A program made the position numbers and the translations under genes. A DNA stretch of 64,000 bases from Felis catus (lineage: Eukaryota): assembly GCF_018350175.1 (NCBI RefSeq), contig NC_058373.1, positions 103,976,001-104,040,000 of the forward strand. The letters are read 5' to 3'. The notes under the pieces are model-generated. The model was not told where the DNA came from, made no database searches, and saw only the letters and a program-made list of their open reading frames with translations. Position 1 is the first letter of the stretch. Each line of letters opens with the position of its first letter. Below are positions 24,405 to 37,246 of the stretch, piece by piece.

Positions 24405-24780
24405 TTAGCTCTATACTGTCCAATACAGTGGCCATTACGCAAATGAGGCTATTTAAATTTAAATAGAAATTCATTAAAAAGGCATAAATTAGGGGCGCCT
24501 GGGTGGCGCAGTCGGTTAAGCATCCGACTTCAGCCAGGTCACGATCTCGCGGTCCGTGAGTTTGAGCCCCGCGTCAGGCTCTGGGCTGATGGCTCGGAGC
24601 CTGGAGCCTGTTTCCAATTCTGTGTCTCCCTCTCTCTCTGCCCCACCCCCGTTCATGCTCTGTCTCTCTCTGTCCCAAAAATAAATAAACGTTGAAAAAA
24701 AAAATAAAATAAAAAGGCATTAAATTAAAAATTGAGTCCCTCGGTTGCACTAGCCACACATTTCAGTACTCAGCAGTCAC
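24405..24780. mobile_element. hAT-Charlie fossil (MER3/MER33-like), interrupted by a SINE
   Basis: 'actgtccaatacagtggccattacgcaaatgaggctatttaaattt...gcactagccacacatttcagtactcagcag'. Confidence 0.7.
24492..24710 (+). mobile_element. young SINEC_Fc
   Basis: near-consensus body; TSD AAAAAGGCAT(T)AAATTA. Confidence 0.95.
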
Positions 24781-24794
24781 CGCCTATATATTTT

Positions 24795-24925
24795 TTAAAC
24801 CATTCTTAATTGTGGTAAAATTTGCATAACAAAATTTACTATTTTTAAATGTACAGTTCAATGTATAAGTGCGTTTGCATCGCTGTGCAACTATCGCTGT
24901 GCATCCATCTCCAGAACTTCAAAAA
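24795..24925 (-). mobile_element. L1MB-type 3' end
   Basis: 'aattgtggtaaaatttgcataacaaaatttactatttttaaatgtacagttca...catccatctccagaact'. Confidence 0.7.
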
Positions 24926-25289
24926 ATTTTCTCTATTTTTTATGTGATCCATTTTTATTGTGGCAAAACAAATATATGAACATATTAAGAGCCTGTTGAA
25001 TTTAGCACTGTTGTCTGTTCCCAAATTTCTCTGAAAATATTGGCTTGCTACTTGCTCATATCCTCATATGGATTGCAAACATAGAGGTAGCAAAAACCTC
25101 CGGGTTGAGAAACCTTAAAGGAGAAAATTCTGAATTGTGAAACTTTATACGTTAACTGTCTTTTTTTTCCCCCTGGAAATGGAGAAACAGGAGGAACCCC
25201 ATTCTTCAACCATAACAATGAATCACACCTCATTCCACTCGTAGTTCCCCAAGGCTCTGATCCTCTGGAACATAATCTGAGACACACAG

Positions 25290-25530
25290 CTCTATTGAGC
25301 ACAGACATTGATTCACCAGCAAACATTTGTGTGAAGCCTCCTGGAGCCAGGCGCTGTGCTGGTGATGGGAAGGCTGGTAAGGAAGACAGGCAAGGCTCTT
25401 GTTTTTCATGGCGCTTCCTTTCTGGTGTGGGGAGACAGACAATCAACCAGTTAGCAAGTCCGCAGACAGACCCAAGGTATCATATGGTCGTGAATACTGC
25501 AAAGAATATAAAACAGGGTGATGTGTTGGA
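25290..25530 (-). mobile_element. L2 3' fragment
   Basis: 'cagcaaacatttgtgtgaagcctcctggagccaggcgctgtgctgg...ggggagacagacaatcaacc'. Confidence 0.65.
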
Positions 25531-26869
25531 AAACTTCACTGACCGGACGTTAAATGTCCTATTCAGAAGCCGATTCCGAATTAGCTATAAATCATCTAAA
25601 AACAATGAAATATGACATTCACCAAAAAGAAGTTCACCTTCTACTACCTTTGCTTTTCCTGCCTCTGACTGTCATATTGGTTGGTTCTACTCCATTATTT
25701 ACTTTTAATAAGCTTGGGAGCTTGGGGGATATAAATCTGGTAATCGCTCAGGTAATTCACACCTTATCTTTATGTTCAAAAAAGAAGATACCTATAACTT
25801 TTGCAAAAGAAATTCATCTAGATTGGTGCTTGTTGCAAATTGAACCCCGGGTTTTCAACGAATAAAGAACAAATCTGAAAAAACAGAGAAGAAAAACTAT
25901 GGATATGTCGGACAGCTTTGCATAACGCCTGTCATTGTCTTCTCGAGCCCAGTCAAGATCGGGAGCCATGTGAGTTAATATTTCCACCAACTTCTCCTCT
26001 GTCGTATGTTTGCCAAGTATCGCCTCTACTCGGGATACAACACTGATTTGCAGAGCGTGCAGTTGTGTGAACCCAGGAGGAAGGCAGTGTGATTCACACA
26101 ACTCCCCTTCTCTCGACAGGAAATACAGCAAAGCATGTCCTGTGTTCCCATAAAGTTCACCGTCCTCTACGTTCTATACCTAAATCGATGACTGCCTAGG
26201 AGAAAAGTCAACGTATGACAAGAGATATTTTCTTTTCACTGAGTAAAAGTTCCAATGAGTGAAGTGAGTAATGTTGTTATAATCGTCCACATAAAAGGAG
26301 ATAAAGCAGTTGGAGAGAGAGAAATGCAAACTGTTCCAAGGTCTGATCTTGACAGTAAAGACTTAATCTTTTTCAAGCCTTCTTGATTTTCCTGCCTCTT
26401 GTCTACACACTCCTGCCAATGTTTCATCTTTAAGATCTATTCACAGCCTTCAAAACAGCCTGGGGCAAATAGCAAGGACGGCCAGAGAATGTGGTTTTCA
26501 GTTACCCTACTATTTGGGTGACTCCTTAGCTGGGATAATGCGATTTTGAACGGATTTTAAATGGTAATGGTGATAGGGGATGGTCAATATTTATTTATAA
26601 GCTTTCTTAGTTGGGATGCTATTTCAATTTTTACATATCTCTTAAATTTTAGAGAAATACATTTCCCGACTGAGTTTTTTAGGTTTAGAAAATTGACCAT
26701 TATACAAACATCCTTCACTGAAATTCATTGCCAGCATTTATAACAACAATACTAATGACGAAACTGATATTAACTGTGCTGAGAGCTTACCATATATTAC
26801 CTCATCTAATTCTCATGACAAGCGATGGAGGAAACTAAGGGTAAGGGAAGTAGAGTAGCCAGCGACTCT

Positions 26870-27090
26870 TTTTTTTAAATTATTTTTTATGTTTATTTAT
26901 TTTTGAGAGAGAGAGAGACAGAGTGTGAGCAGGCAAGGGGCAGAGAGAGAGGGAGACACAGAATCTGAAGCAGGCTCCAGGCTCCGAGCTGTCAGCACAG
27001 AGCCCGATGCAGGGCTCGAACTCACGAACCACGAGATCATGACCTGAGCTGAAGTCGGAAGCTCAACTGACTGAGCCACCCAGGCACCCC
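26870..27090 (-). mobile_element. Can-SINE
   Basis: TSD AGTA(G/A)CCAGCGACTCTT. Confidence 0.95.
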
Positions 27091-27959
27091 AAGTAACCAG
27101 CGACTCTTGTTATATGTCCTGTGTTGGCAATGAGGTCAGGTTTCAGGGGGTGCATTGGAGAACGTTTAATTTATCATAATCTTGATCAGAACTACTTCCT
27201 CTAAGCCACCCAGAATAAACATTTTATCTGAGTAAGGGCAGTGTGGTTGCTAAGGAAAGGCAGATCGCAATCCTGAAGGCTGTCCCAGGAAGATGTTCTG
27301 GAGCTGTCACTCTATATCCACGTGACTGTTACCATCAAATTCCCGTTTCTTCAATGCTCATTTTGTTTGGACACTAGATTCAGACACTTGCCCAGTGAAG
27401 GGGACGCAGAAGACATGGGGGGCATCCAAAGCAGCATGGCAGCATGGAATGGTAGGACACGACCAACCCTCGTGGACAGATACACCTATCTTCTAGGCTC
27501 GGGTCTTACAAATTATTTCTTTGACCTTAGACAAATTACCTAGTTTCTTTGGGCCTAAGTTTATTGGATCTAAAACAAAAGGTTTGATGTAGTGATTGCT
27601 TAAGATCCTTGTAGCTGTAAATTATGATGACTCCATAGGTCTTATCTTCCCAGAATTTACAATCCAGTGTGACAATCAAATAAACTGAAGTATTTGGAAA
27701 TGTTTCTAAACTTTATCTTGTAATTGCTTTGGTGTGTTTTTTTCCCCTTAGTCTTGAACCTAAGGGCCGTGGGCATGTTCTTTGTACCTCCTCCAAGATT
27801 TCACACTTATTAGGGGCCCCATAAACGTCTGTTACATAAGTGACAATGAGTGAATACCTGAATAAACACATAAATTTAACTTCCCAAAGAAGCAGTATAT
27901 ATGTAATGACACCAGCTTCTTCTAAATTCACATTCGGGTCTCGTTTTTATATCATTTAT

Positions 27960-28130
27960 CCCTGGGAGCAGATCCAGGTTTTGATGAACCCAAAGTTAAT
28001 ACAATTCAAGGGCTCCTCTTTAAGAAAAATTAAAAATTTCAAATATACAATTAAGTACAGCGCCCTTGCAGGAGCCTGTGTAAACGAGGAGCACCAAGGT
28101 GTATACCCTACTGGCTTCCAACCCACTTCT
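27960..28130 (-). mobile_element. hAT-Tip100 fossil (Arthur1A/MER69A-like)
   Basis: 'gcagatccaggttttg...atacaattcaagggctcctctttaagaaaaa...aattaagtacagcgcccttgcaggagcctgtg'. Confidence 0.6.
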
Positions 28131-28231
28131 GGCCACTCCAGGCATATCTGCCTTCTCTCTTCCTGAAAAGTTTACTCCTACCTCTGTGCCTTAGAAAGTG
28201 CTCCTCCATTCTCTACCACAGTTCCCTGATT

Positions 28232-28840
28232 AGTTTTTAAATCATGGTAAAATACACATACTGATCATCTTACCCATTCATAAGTGTGCAGTTTAAATAC
28301 ATTCACAATGTTCTGCAATCGTCACCACTGTCTATACCCAAAACCTTTTTTTTTTAAGTCATCCCTAACGTAAACTCTGTACACATGAATCAATAACTCT
28401 CTTCTCCTTCTTCCCCCTAGCTGCTGGTAACTTCTGTTCTACTTTCTGTCTCTAAGAATCTGTCTGTTCTAGGTACCTCATATGAGTAGAACCAGAGAAC
28501 ACTTGCCCTTCTGTATCTGGCTTATTTCAATAAGCCCAATGTTTCCAAGGTGCGTTCGTGTCGTAGTATATATCAAAAGTCTATTCCTTTTTATGACTGG
28601 CCAATATTCTATTACATGCATACACCACATTTTGTTTATCCCTTCATCTGACTTGGGTTGTTTCCACCTTTTGGATATTGTACATAAATGTTGCTGGGAA
28701 CACTGTATGTAAAGTATCTGTTTGAGTTTCTACTTTCAGTTCTTTTCAGTACATCCCTAGATGTGGAATTGCCCGGTCATTTGGTAGTTCTGTGTTTTAT
28801 CTTTGGAAACTACTAAACTGTTTTCCATAGCGGCTGCACC

Positions 28841-28875
<35 letters not shown>

Positions 28876-29215
28876 TTACTGTTCATTTATCCTTGAGAGA
28901 GACAGAGACAGAGCACAAAAAGGGGAGGGGCAAAGAGAGACAGAGACAGAATCGAAAGCAGGCTCCAGGCTCTGAGCTATCAGCACAGAGCCCAGTGCAG
29001 GGCTTGAACTCTTGAGCCATGAGATCATGACTGAGCCTAAGTCGGATGTTTAACTGAATGAGTCACCAAGGCACCCGAGCACCATTTTTTATTTTTACCA
29101 GCAAGGTCTGAGGGTTCCAATTTCTCCATATCCTTGCCGACACTGTTATTTTCCATTTTTTGAAATTATAGCCATCCTAATGGGTGTGAAGAGGTATGTC
29201 ACTGTGATTCACCTG
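28232..29215 (-). mobile_element. L1MB-type 3' fragment, interrupted by a SINE
   Basis: 'ttctactttctgtctct...ttctaggtacctcatatgagtag...tggcttatttca...tagccatcctaatgggtgtgaag'. Confidence 0.85.
28844..29076 (-). mobile_element. Can-SINE with (CA)15 in its tail
   Basis: antisense body; TSD GCACCATT. Confidence 0.88.
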
Positions 29216-30505
29216 ATTATTATTTGCATAGCCTTTTACATGATATGAAATGGTCCCATTTATTTGTTACATTGCTTGTGCTGAGATCAATGCTTCAACA
29301 ATAGCACATGAATTAGATAACAAGTGCACAGTCGTTTGTATTCGGCATCAGAAAAATCCTGGTAGCCTTGAGCCAGCAGAGCACCGTTATCTTAGGTCCT
29401 CAAACAGCGAAGACCAAACACAATTGAAATGAAAAGATGTGTCATAAGAATTGGAATTCAAGGTGAGTCGATTAATAATTTTCATAAAGCTTGCATGGAT
29501 AACTGCATCCTGCTACCTTTTCAAGCTGCCCGGCGCTAATGTTGCTTTGGACCAAGTGTAAACGGAACAAAAATATTGCACTGGGGTATGGGAAGGAGCT
29601 ATGTCACGGAAACCCAGGTCCTAAATGGCTGACTGCTGTGTCAAGTTGGGTTGATAAGAAAGTCACAGCGCTGCCTGCCTTTCCATTTATAACTGTGGGG
29701 AGAACAAAATTTCATTTCTTAAACTGAAGGCTGAAAATTACTGAATCCTTCAGAACAATATGTGATCTTAACTCAACACATGGCTTCTGTGCGTTCTTTA
29801 AACACACAATTTCACAACTGAAAGCTTTCAACAATTCCATTCCCTATTGCTAAGAGCCAGTCCCCGGACAGGGAGATCCCAGAAACGGCCCGAGGAGCCA
29901 GAGCAAACAGGAACTGTGTATAGTGTTGCACCGCGGCGAATTGCAAAGCACACTGCCGTGCAGTATCATACCTGCCCCACTGGGCACCACCCAGTTTCAC
30001 ACGATCTGTTTGCTAATGCTGCAAACGCGAACCAAATCACGACCATTGTGTAGTCCCCAATTGTTCCCGGTGGCTCTCTGAGTCACTAAACCAAGTTGCA
30101 TAATGTTAATATTTTGAAATCACGAAGTGTATGTCTCTGAAGGGCTCGCAGAGTGTTTTATTAAGTGGTCAGTATAACTGCTGTCAGGGAAGGAATCAGA
30201 GGGCTCCTGAGTATGGAAGGAGGACAGGAGACCCGCCTGAAAACAGCTGTCCTAGCCAGAAGCAGATTTGCCCTGACACCCATTGAAGATGGAGCTTTCC
30301 AGCAGCCAACCTGTGTGGGTGCCTCCCAAGGGCAGAGGGAGGAGGGGACAGAGTACACAATGACTCATGAAACAATTATGTAACTTTTTTGGGGCATATA
30401 TACCATTATATGTTTTTTTATTCATTGGGAACAAAAAAAAAATCTGTGACTTTTTGATTGACATATTATTTGTTTCTACCCAATCAATTAACATAGATTT
30501 GTTCA

Positions 30506-30609
30506 GGGGGCCCCTGGCTGGTTCAGTCAGCAGCATGCGACCCTTGACCTCATGGTTCTGAGTTCAAGCCCCACGTTGGCCGTGCAGCCTACTTTAAAAA
30601 AAAAAAAAG
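30506..30609 (+). mobile_element. short-form Can-SINE
   Basis: head plus 'gagttcaagccccacgttgg' and an A tail. Confidence 0.82.
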
Positions 30610-30610
30610 A

Positions 30611-30858
30611 GGGGTGTCTGGTTGGTTCAGTCTGTTAAGCATCCCGCTCTCGATTTCAGCTCAGGTCATGATCTCACGGTTCATGGGATCGAGCCCTGCA
30701 TCAGGCTCTACGCTGACAGTGCAGAGCCTGCTTGGGATTTGCTCCCCCTCTCTCTCTGCCCCTCCCCTACTCATGCATGCTCACAGGGCAATTGCAAGCT
30801 CGCTCACTCTCTCTCTCTCAAAATAAATAAATAAACAATAAAAAGAAAAAGGAAAAAA
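30611..30858 (+). mobile_element. Can-SINE
   Basis: full body, CT tract, tail. Confidence 0.9.
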
Positions 30859-30870
30859 TTGATTTGTCCA

Positions 30871-30992
30871 GGGGTAGCTGGCTGTCTCAGTTGGAAGAGC
30901 ATGAGGCTTTTAATCTTGACATTGTGAGTTTGAGCCCCACGTCGGGTGTAAAGATTACTGCTAAAAATGTAAAAAAAAATAAACTTAAAAAA
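30871..30992 (+). mobile_element. short-form Can-SINE
   Basis: 'gagtttgagccccacgtcgggtgtaaagattact' plus an A tail. Confidence 0.82.
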
Positions 30993-32103
30993 ATAGATGC
31001 ATTTAACTATCTTGGAATGTATCGAAAATCCCTTTGCACAGTTAAAGTTGACTAATAATTGCTTTCAGAAATGAAACATTTCAAATGGCAATAACTCCCG
31101 TGCACACAAGATATGTTTCTTCTGGACCCTCCTGGAGTTTGAAACCCAGTCTGAGAAGAATCTCTGTGAGAAGGCCTAGCTAGTTCACATCAAGTTAGTT
31201 AATGTGAGTGCTGTCAGGTGAGGCTTCTAAGTGATTGCGTGGAAAGTTCTTGAAATAACCAACCTTACGGATGCTTTGAGAAATTCCTCATCATACCAAA
31301 CCAGCTGAGACGTCGTCCCTTCCATACCCAGGATCTGTGCCCAACACCCATGCTGTATTTCCTGCGAGTGGCTCGCTTTTTTTTGAGACCTTCACCGTAA
31401 AACTTGACCCTCTGCTTTTAGAAGCCGCCGCTCATCTATGAGATGGGAACTTGGTGGGCATGTCCTATTTCTTTTCTTTCAGTTCCGAGAGAAGCATTAG
31501 CGGGGAAATTCAAAAGCAAGCAGAACACTGGCATAGCTAATTTAGGCTAATTAGGATGGTGGAGGAGAGTCATACTTCAGAGCTTCCCCTGCCCTCCCGC
31601 GTCTCCACCTGATTGCTTTGTCCAGCAGCAAACCCAGGAGGCACTTCCAATTACATCATATCCTCTTCAAACACCAAACCACTCAAGCTAATTTTATCCT
31701 ATTAAACAGACTGAAGGATCCAGAAGAAAGGCTCTCTCCACCTCCCCAAAAGCTTCAATTACCAGGGTCCCTGATTATCATCGCTTCAATCCTATGTGCA
31801 CTGCTAAATACTTTTTTTGCTTAGCGTTGCCTTCTTGATTCAGATGAAAAGCAAATATTATGAGCATGTCTTTACAGCTCTGGTAAGTGACACGAAGAGT
31901 AAAACTAAAAAGAAACTCCCTGGTTATTAGCATGGTTAATCAAAGTCAAGTTTGAAGTTGCCAAAGACATTGGAATCACAGAGATCTCGGCACCTCTCGG
32001 AATGTTAGCATTTAGAAAAAGCCCCGAAGATTTCTTTTCTTTCTTTTTTTCCCCTTTTCCCCTTCCCTTCTCTTTCCCACTCCTACCCTCTTTCCTGTCT
32101 TCC

Positions 32104-32299
32104 TTTTAACATTTTTATTTTTGAAAGACAGAGTGCAAGTGGAGGAGGGGCAGAGAGAGAGGGAGACGCAGAATCCAAAGCAGGCTCCAGGCTCTGAGCG
32201 GTCAGCACAGAGCCCCACGTGGGGCTTGAACTCACAAACCGCGAGATCGTGACCTGAGCCGAAGTCGGAAGCTCAACCGACTGAGCCACCCAGGCACCC
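32104..32299 (-). mobile_element. Can-SINE
   Basis: antisense body; flanking GTCTTCCTTTT. Confidence 0.92.
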
Positions 32300-32619
32300 T
32301 GGGTCTTCCTTTTTTCTTTTCTCTCCTTAAAGGACTATTCAAAAAGTTAGTAGCAAAAAGGAAATTTGTGATTTGTGAATGGAAATAAACAGCTTGGCCA
32401 TGGCAGAAAATGTGAGGAGGTTTAGAGAGATGAATAACATAGTCATTCCTCATTCGGTCTACTTTTTTTCTAGCCAACAAATGTGGAGAGTGTAGTTTTC
32501 ATGACATATGTACACAGACAGTAAAAGTTAACAGAGTACGAACTTTCAATTTCCAAACTCCAAATCAACTTTCCATTCAATTTTGACTCATTTGGGAAGC
32601 CTTAATCTGAAATATTTTA

Positions 32620-32722
32620 ATATATATGTATATATTAAACATATAGATGTTATATATAGATTATATATTATAACATATATTACAATATATAGATATATAT
32701 TATATATATTATACATATATAT
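32620..32722. repeat. degenerate (TA)n low-complexity tract
   Basis: directly visible. Confidence 0.8.
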
Positions 32723-34079
32723 TTTTCCTGATGACAGCACGAATAGAACGATGTCTAATTCTGAATGTAAAATTCTTTCTAAACCGTTCGTTTAAGACTT
32801 GGAAGCAAAATGGAACACTTAATTGTTCTTGATTCGTTTTTGAAGATTTACAAAAGCCGCCTTAAATGTTCCATGCTTAAGAAGACATGTCAAGTTACAC
32901 AGATAAAATTTACAAGAAGGGGGTTATGATGTCTGAAAGACTTAAAAAAGAAAAAAACCTGTTTCTGAGGTTTAATACATTTACTGTGCAAGCTCTCTTC
33001 CTCTTTTCAAGGACGAGAAATAGGTTTGACAAACCTTAAAAGGCAAAGGTGTCACAAAGAAAGGTTTTCTTGCCTTCAGTGTTACCCAGTTGCATGGAGC
33101 CTTTCACAATGAAAAGAACAGTGATTTTGCATTTCGCCCAAAAATGTATTATAACTTAAAAAAAAAACACAAAAAAAACACATCTTTCCAAGACTTTTGG
33201 TGGTCCTCAAAGTATTTGCCAGTTTTGTTTTTAGAAAATCTCATTAATATTCTGTGTAGTCAGTCCAAACGATTGAAATTAAATGTTTGCTTTTGTAACA
33301 ATCTCTCTCCTTTAACAGAAAATCTGCCCAGTGGCTCTCACCAAGTGCCACTGTTTCACAGGTATCAAGAAGCCATTGTCTTGGGACAATCACCCTCCCC
33401 CACAAAAAAGCAGCAGCCACTCACCAGCAATCCACCCAAACTCTGTTTGGGCCAATTTTCTTAATGTTTCAGCAAGGCTTAATCTGTTGGCATAAGTGTT
33501 TAGACCCATTAACAGCTAAAGTCACAGAGTCCACAACTCACTGTGCTGACAGTAAACAAGGAATTTGAGGAATGGCTTTTAAACAATGACTAAGCCCCGA
33601 GCCATTTTGTCTTCAGATGCTGTGAAACTGGTCCACGCCAGAGTTGCCTCCTTGCTGCAGCCCCACTTTTATTTAAAATGCATCTCCCTCCCACTGTCTT
33701 GCATGTGCTGATTAGATTTTATTTTCCTAACTTCACTCTCCTCTGGTTGGCCCCTGAGGACCCCCATGATCATGAAGATAAGACACTATTATTTTTTAAG
33801 AACAGTCTTTGGTAAAAAGGAGAAAATGGGTGAGTTTGCCCACACTGGATTTCTTTCCAGAGAACACCATTCGGTCTCCTGTGGGACACGTTCTTTGGGT
33901 GGGAGCAGGGGGTTCTTGACCCTTTGTTCTAGTCTTCTGGAGAGCAGAGAACAGGGAGGACAGAACACAATAAATGTGCATGAATAGACCTCCTCGCTGA
34001 CAGAAATGATCCCACTAGGGGTGTCTGAGTATAATACTCACCAGAAGTGGTTCATTCTTCTCTTTAAATATCTAACTTT

Positions 34080-34190
34080 GGGGCACCTGGCTGGCTTAGT
34101 TGGTGGAGCATGCCAATCTTGGTCTCAGGGTCTTGAGTTTGAGCCCCACGTTGGGTGTGGAGATTACTTAAAAATAAAATCTTAAATAAG
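34080..34190 (+). mobile_element. short-form Can-SINE
   Basis: GGGGCACCTGGCTGGCT...GAGATTACTTAAAATAAAATCTT. Confidence 0.85.
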
Positions 34191-35396
34191 TACATAAATA
34201 TCTAACTTCATATTGAAGGTTCTTTTCGGTGTTTTCATCAGTAGAGCTGTCCTATTACCTCCTAGCTCGTATTCCATATTCATCACATAACGCCATAAGC
34301 AATAGTCAACAGCTTTGTATCTGTGACTTCTTTTTCCCACTCCCCATCCTTTCGCTCTCTTCCCATTAGACCCATTGCCCACCCAGAACTTACAAACAAT
34401 AACAAAAGAGAGTATTCTTTGCCTCCGGATCTTCATATGATTCCAGGATTAAAGGAGATTCCCCAAGGGATCCAGGCTCCACTTTGGGGGCTTTTTTTTT
34501 GCCTAGTGATCTTTTTAATGTGAGCTCGCATCTCCTACTTGGCCAATGAAAAACACCAGTTCTTTTCCTGAACCTACAACACGTGATAGTCAAAATCTCT
34601 CATGCGTGCTGTCCAGGATTGCGGAATACAAAGGGGTTACACTAGGAGTGTGGTATTCTGGCAGGCTGAGGTTGGATTTGTAAACAAAGGAGGTGAGGAG
34701 AAAGCCTGTAAATGGAGAAGTTGACATAGCTGGTAGGGAATTTTGAAACTCCTTTCTCAATCTTTTGTCAAATTAAAAAGCATACAAAGTAAGAGGAAGA
34801 AAGAGAGCAAGGAAAGTGAGGGAGTGATGTATTTCTTTCACCTTCCAACACCGTTTAGCAAATGCCCACTCTATGTCAGACATTGTATTCTATAGGTACT
34901 AAGGGCTGGGGATACGGTATGGCAAGATGTATTTACCTACCTACAGTCTGGGAGGGGAAGCAGACCAGAAAAATCAGTTGTTACTAGCTAGAGTGTTAAG
35001 GTGCGTTGGGAACCCAACCCTACAGGAGAGGCACCTAGGTTATCCGACAGTGGGGTGTGCTGGGAGTTAGGAATGAAGGCTGCTCAAAGAGAGGGTGTTT
35101 TAGATGGGCACTGAAAGGCAAAAAGCAACCACTAGGCAAATGGGGGTGGGGGGTTGCAAGGATGCATTGTACGATGAGGAGAGGAGAGCCCCAGGATAAC
35201 AAAAAAACTCTGATGCCAAAGCCCAAAGATACAGTGTGTTCGGATACCGTATGCTTCTTGGTATGGCTGGAGATTAGCGGGGCCAAGAGCGAGCAGAGTC
35301 GTAACTCAAATTAGAGAAGCCTAGAAGTCTATGAAATGTGGCTATAATTTATTCCCCTATTTCAATTTTCGGGAAATACTTAATATTCTAAGGTCT

Positions 35397-35618
35397 GGGG
35401 GTGGCTGGGTGGCTCGGTCGGTTGAACCTCTGACTTCGGCTCAGGTCATGATCTCATGGTTTGTAGGTTGGAGCCCCATGCCAAGCTCTGGGCTGAACTC
35501 TTGCTCAGAGCCTGGAGCCTGCTCTAGGTTCTGTGTCTCCTTCTCTCTCTGCCTCTGCCCCGCTCGCGCTCTGTCTCACTCAGTCTCTCAAAAACAAATA
35601 AATGTAAAAAAAAAAAAA
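35397..35618 (+). mobile_element. Can-SINE
   Basis: diverged full body. Confidence 0.88.
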
Positions 35619-35829
35619 TTTTTTTTGTAAGTATCTGAGGTCTGTGGTCTTACCCAGATAACGCTACTGCCGTGTCTAAAAGTCTTATAGATGTCAACCA
35701 TGAGTCTTACAGCTAGGACCTTCAGTTACCTTCATAGTTACAGTTATCTGCAGTCTGTGCAGAGTCCCCCAACTCCAAAACTAGGCTGCTCCTTCTCAGA
35801 AACCACCTACTACACACACTGTTGTTGTT

Positions 35830-36770
35830 GCAGGGTTCTGTCTCAGCAGTGTTTGGACTTTACCCACTTTCTCTGGGCAATTTCAACCACATCCATGGCT
35901 TCTACCAACACTATAAAGTAGTAACTTCCAAATCAGCGCCTCAATCCAGGTCTTCTTCTGAGATCCCAATCCTTATTCCACTTGCTCACCTCAAATGCAA
36001 CATGGTCAAGATTGGACTCTTCCCCGTGCCAAACTGTTCCTCGTCTTCCTATTGCTATATTGTGGTGCCACCACCATCCGTGTAAAGCTGGACACCTGGG
36101 GATAATCTTAGAATTTCCTCTTTCCCTTCCTCACTCATGCATCTGAATCCAAAGTGTTGGCCATTCTATCTCTGAATAGCTCTCCCATCTTTCTCCTTCT
36201 CTCCATCTTGATTTACCACGACACTAGAGCAACTAAGTTCAATTCAGTTCCTCAGCTGTTTATTGAACGGCTACTGTCTGTTGTTTATCGAGTTGATAGC
36301 CCTGTGAGGAAATAGACTAGTTGGTGGGTTATCATAATTGCAGCTCTCCCTCCCTCCATCTTCTCCCACATCTTCTATCGCATTACTGTCTGCTCAGGAA
36401 TTTTCAATGGCTCTCCTTGCGTAAAATCCCAATGTCCTAACATATAAGGAGCTTTAAGATTGGCTCCTGACATTCTGTTGAATATCACCTTTCCACACAC
36501 TCTCTACAAGAGCCAATCTGAAGAGAGTGCTATGTATGTATGGATATGTGGATATATTTCATGAGCATACTATATTCTGGCAAAACTCCATGATATGTTG
36601 TTTCTCTGACAGGAATACCCTAATAGGTTCAAAACACTTTTCTTCAACCTTCGAGTCTCAGCACTTACGTTATTCCCTGTTTTTGATTCCCCTCAACCCT
36701 TACCCCAATGATTCTACTCACAAGATACAACCTTTCGTGTTCCCTTTATACCTTGTAAAAACCTCCTTCA
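35830..36770 (+). mobile_element. L2 LINE fragments
   Basis: 'cacctcaaatgcaacatggtcaag...ttctatctctgaatagctctcccatc...ttcaatggctctcc'. Confidence 0.6.
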
Positions 36771-36774
36771 AGTA

Positions 36775-36976
36775 ATTTTTTTTTTCAACGTTTATTTATT
36801 TTTGGGACAGAGAGAGACAGAGCATGAACGGGGGAGGGGCAGAGAGAGAGGGAGACACAGAATCGGAAACAGGCTCCAGGCTCTGAGCCCCTGACGCGGG
36901 GCTCAAACTCACGGACCACGAGATCGTGACCTGGCTGAAGTCAGACGCTTAACCGACTGCGCCACCCAGGCGCCCC
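36775..36976 (-). mobile_element. young SINEC_Fc with a 12-bp internal deletion
   Basis: TSD CCTTCAAGTAATTTT; lacks ATCAGCCCAGAG. Confidence 0.93.
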
Positions 36977-36989
36977 GTCCTTCAAGTAA

Positions 36990-37069
36990 TTTTATTGATT
37001 GATTGATTGATTGATTGAAAGAGAGCAAGAGTGGTGGAGAGGGAGGGGGGGAGGGGGGGAGACACACAC

Positions 37070-37122
<53 letters not shown>

Positions 37123-37246
37123 CCCCAGGCAGTCTACACACTCAGCATGGAGCCCAATACGGGTCTTGATTCCACCACCCTAGGGTCATGACCTGAGCCA
37201 AAATCAAGAGTTGGACACTCAACCAATGGAGCCACTCAGGTGTCCT
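36990..37246 (-). mobile_element. older Can-SINE with (GA)n and (GATT)n expansions
   Basis: antisense body; GA run about 37078-37119. Confidence 0.85.

Noticed and set aside
34010..34028. CCACTAGGGGTGTC partial CTCF-like motif (similar near 41157 and 47690)
   Set aside because: Lacks the GGC(A/G) end of the core; too weak to call without a PWM scan
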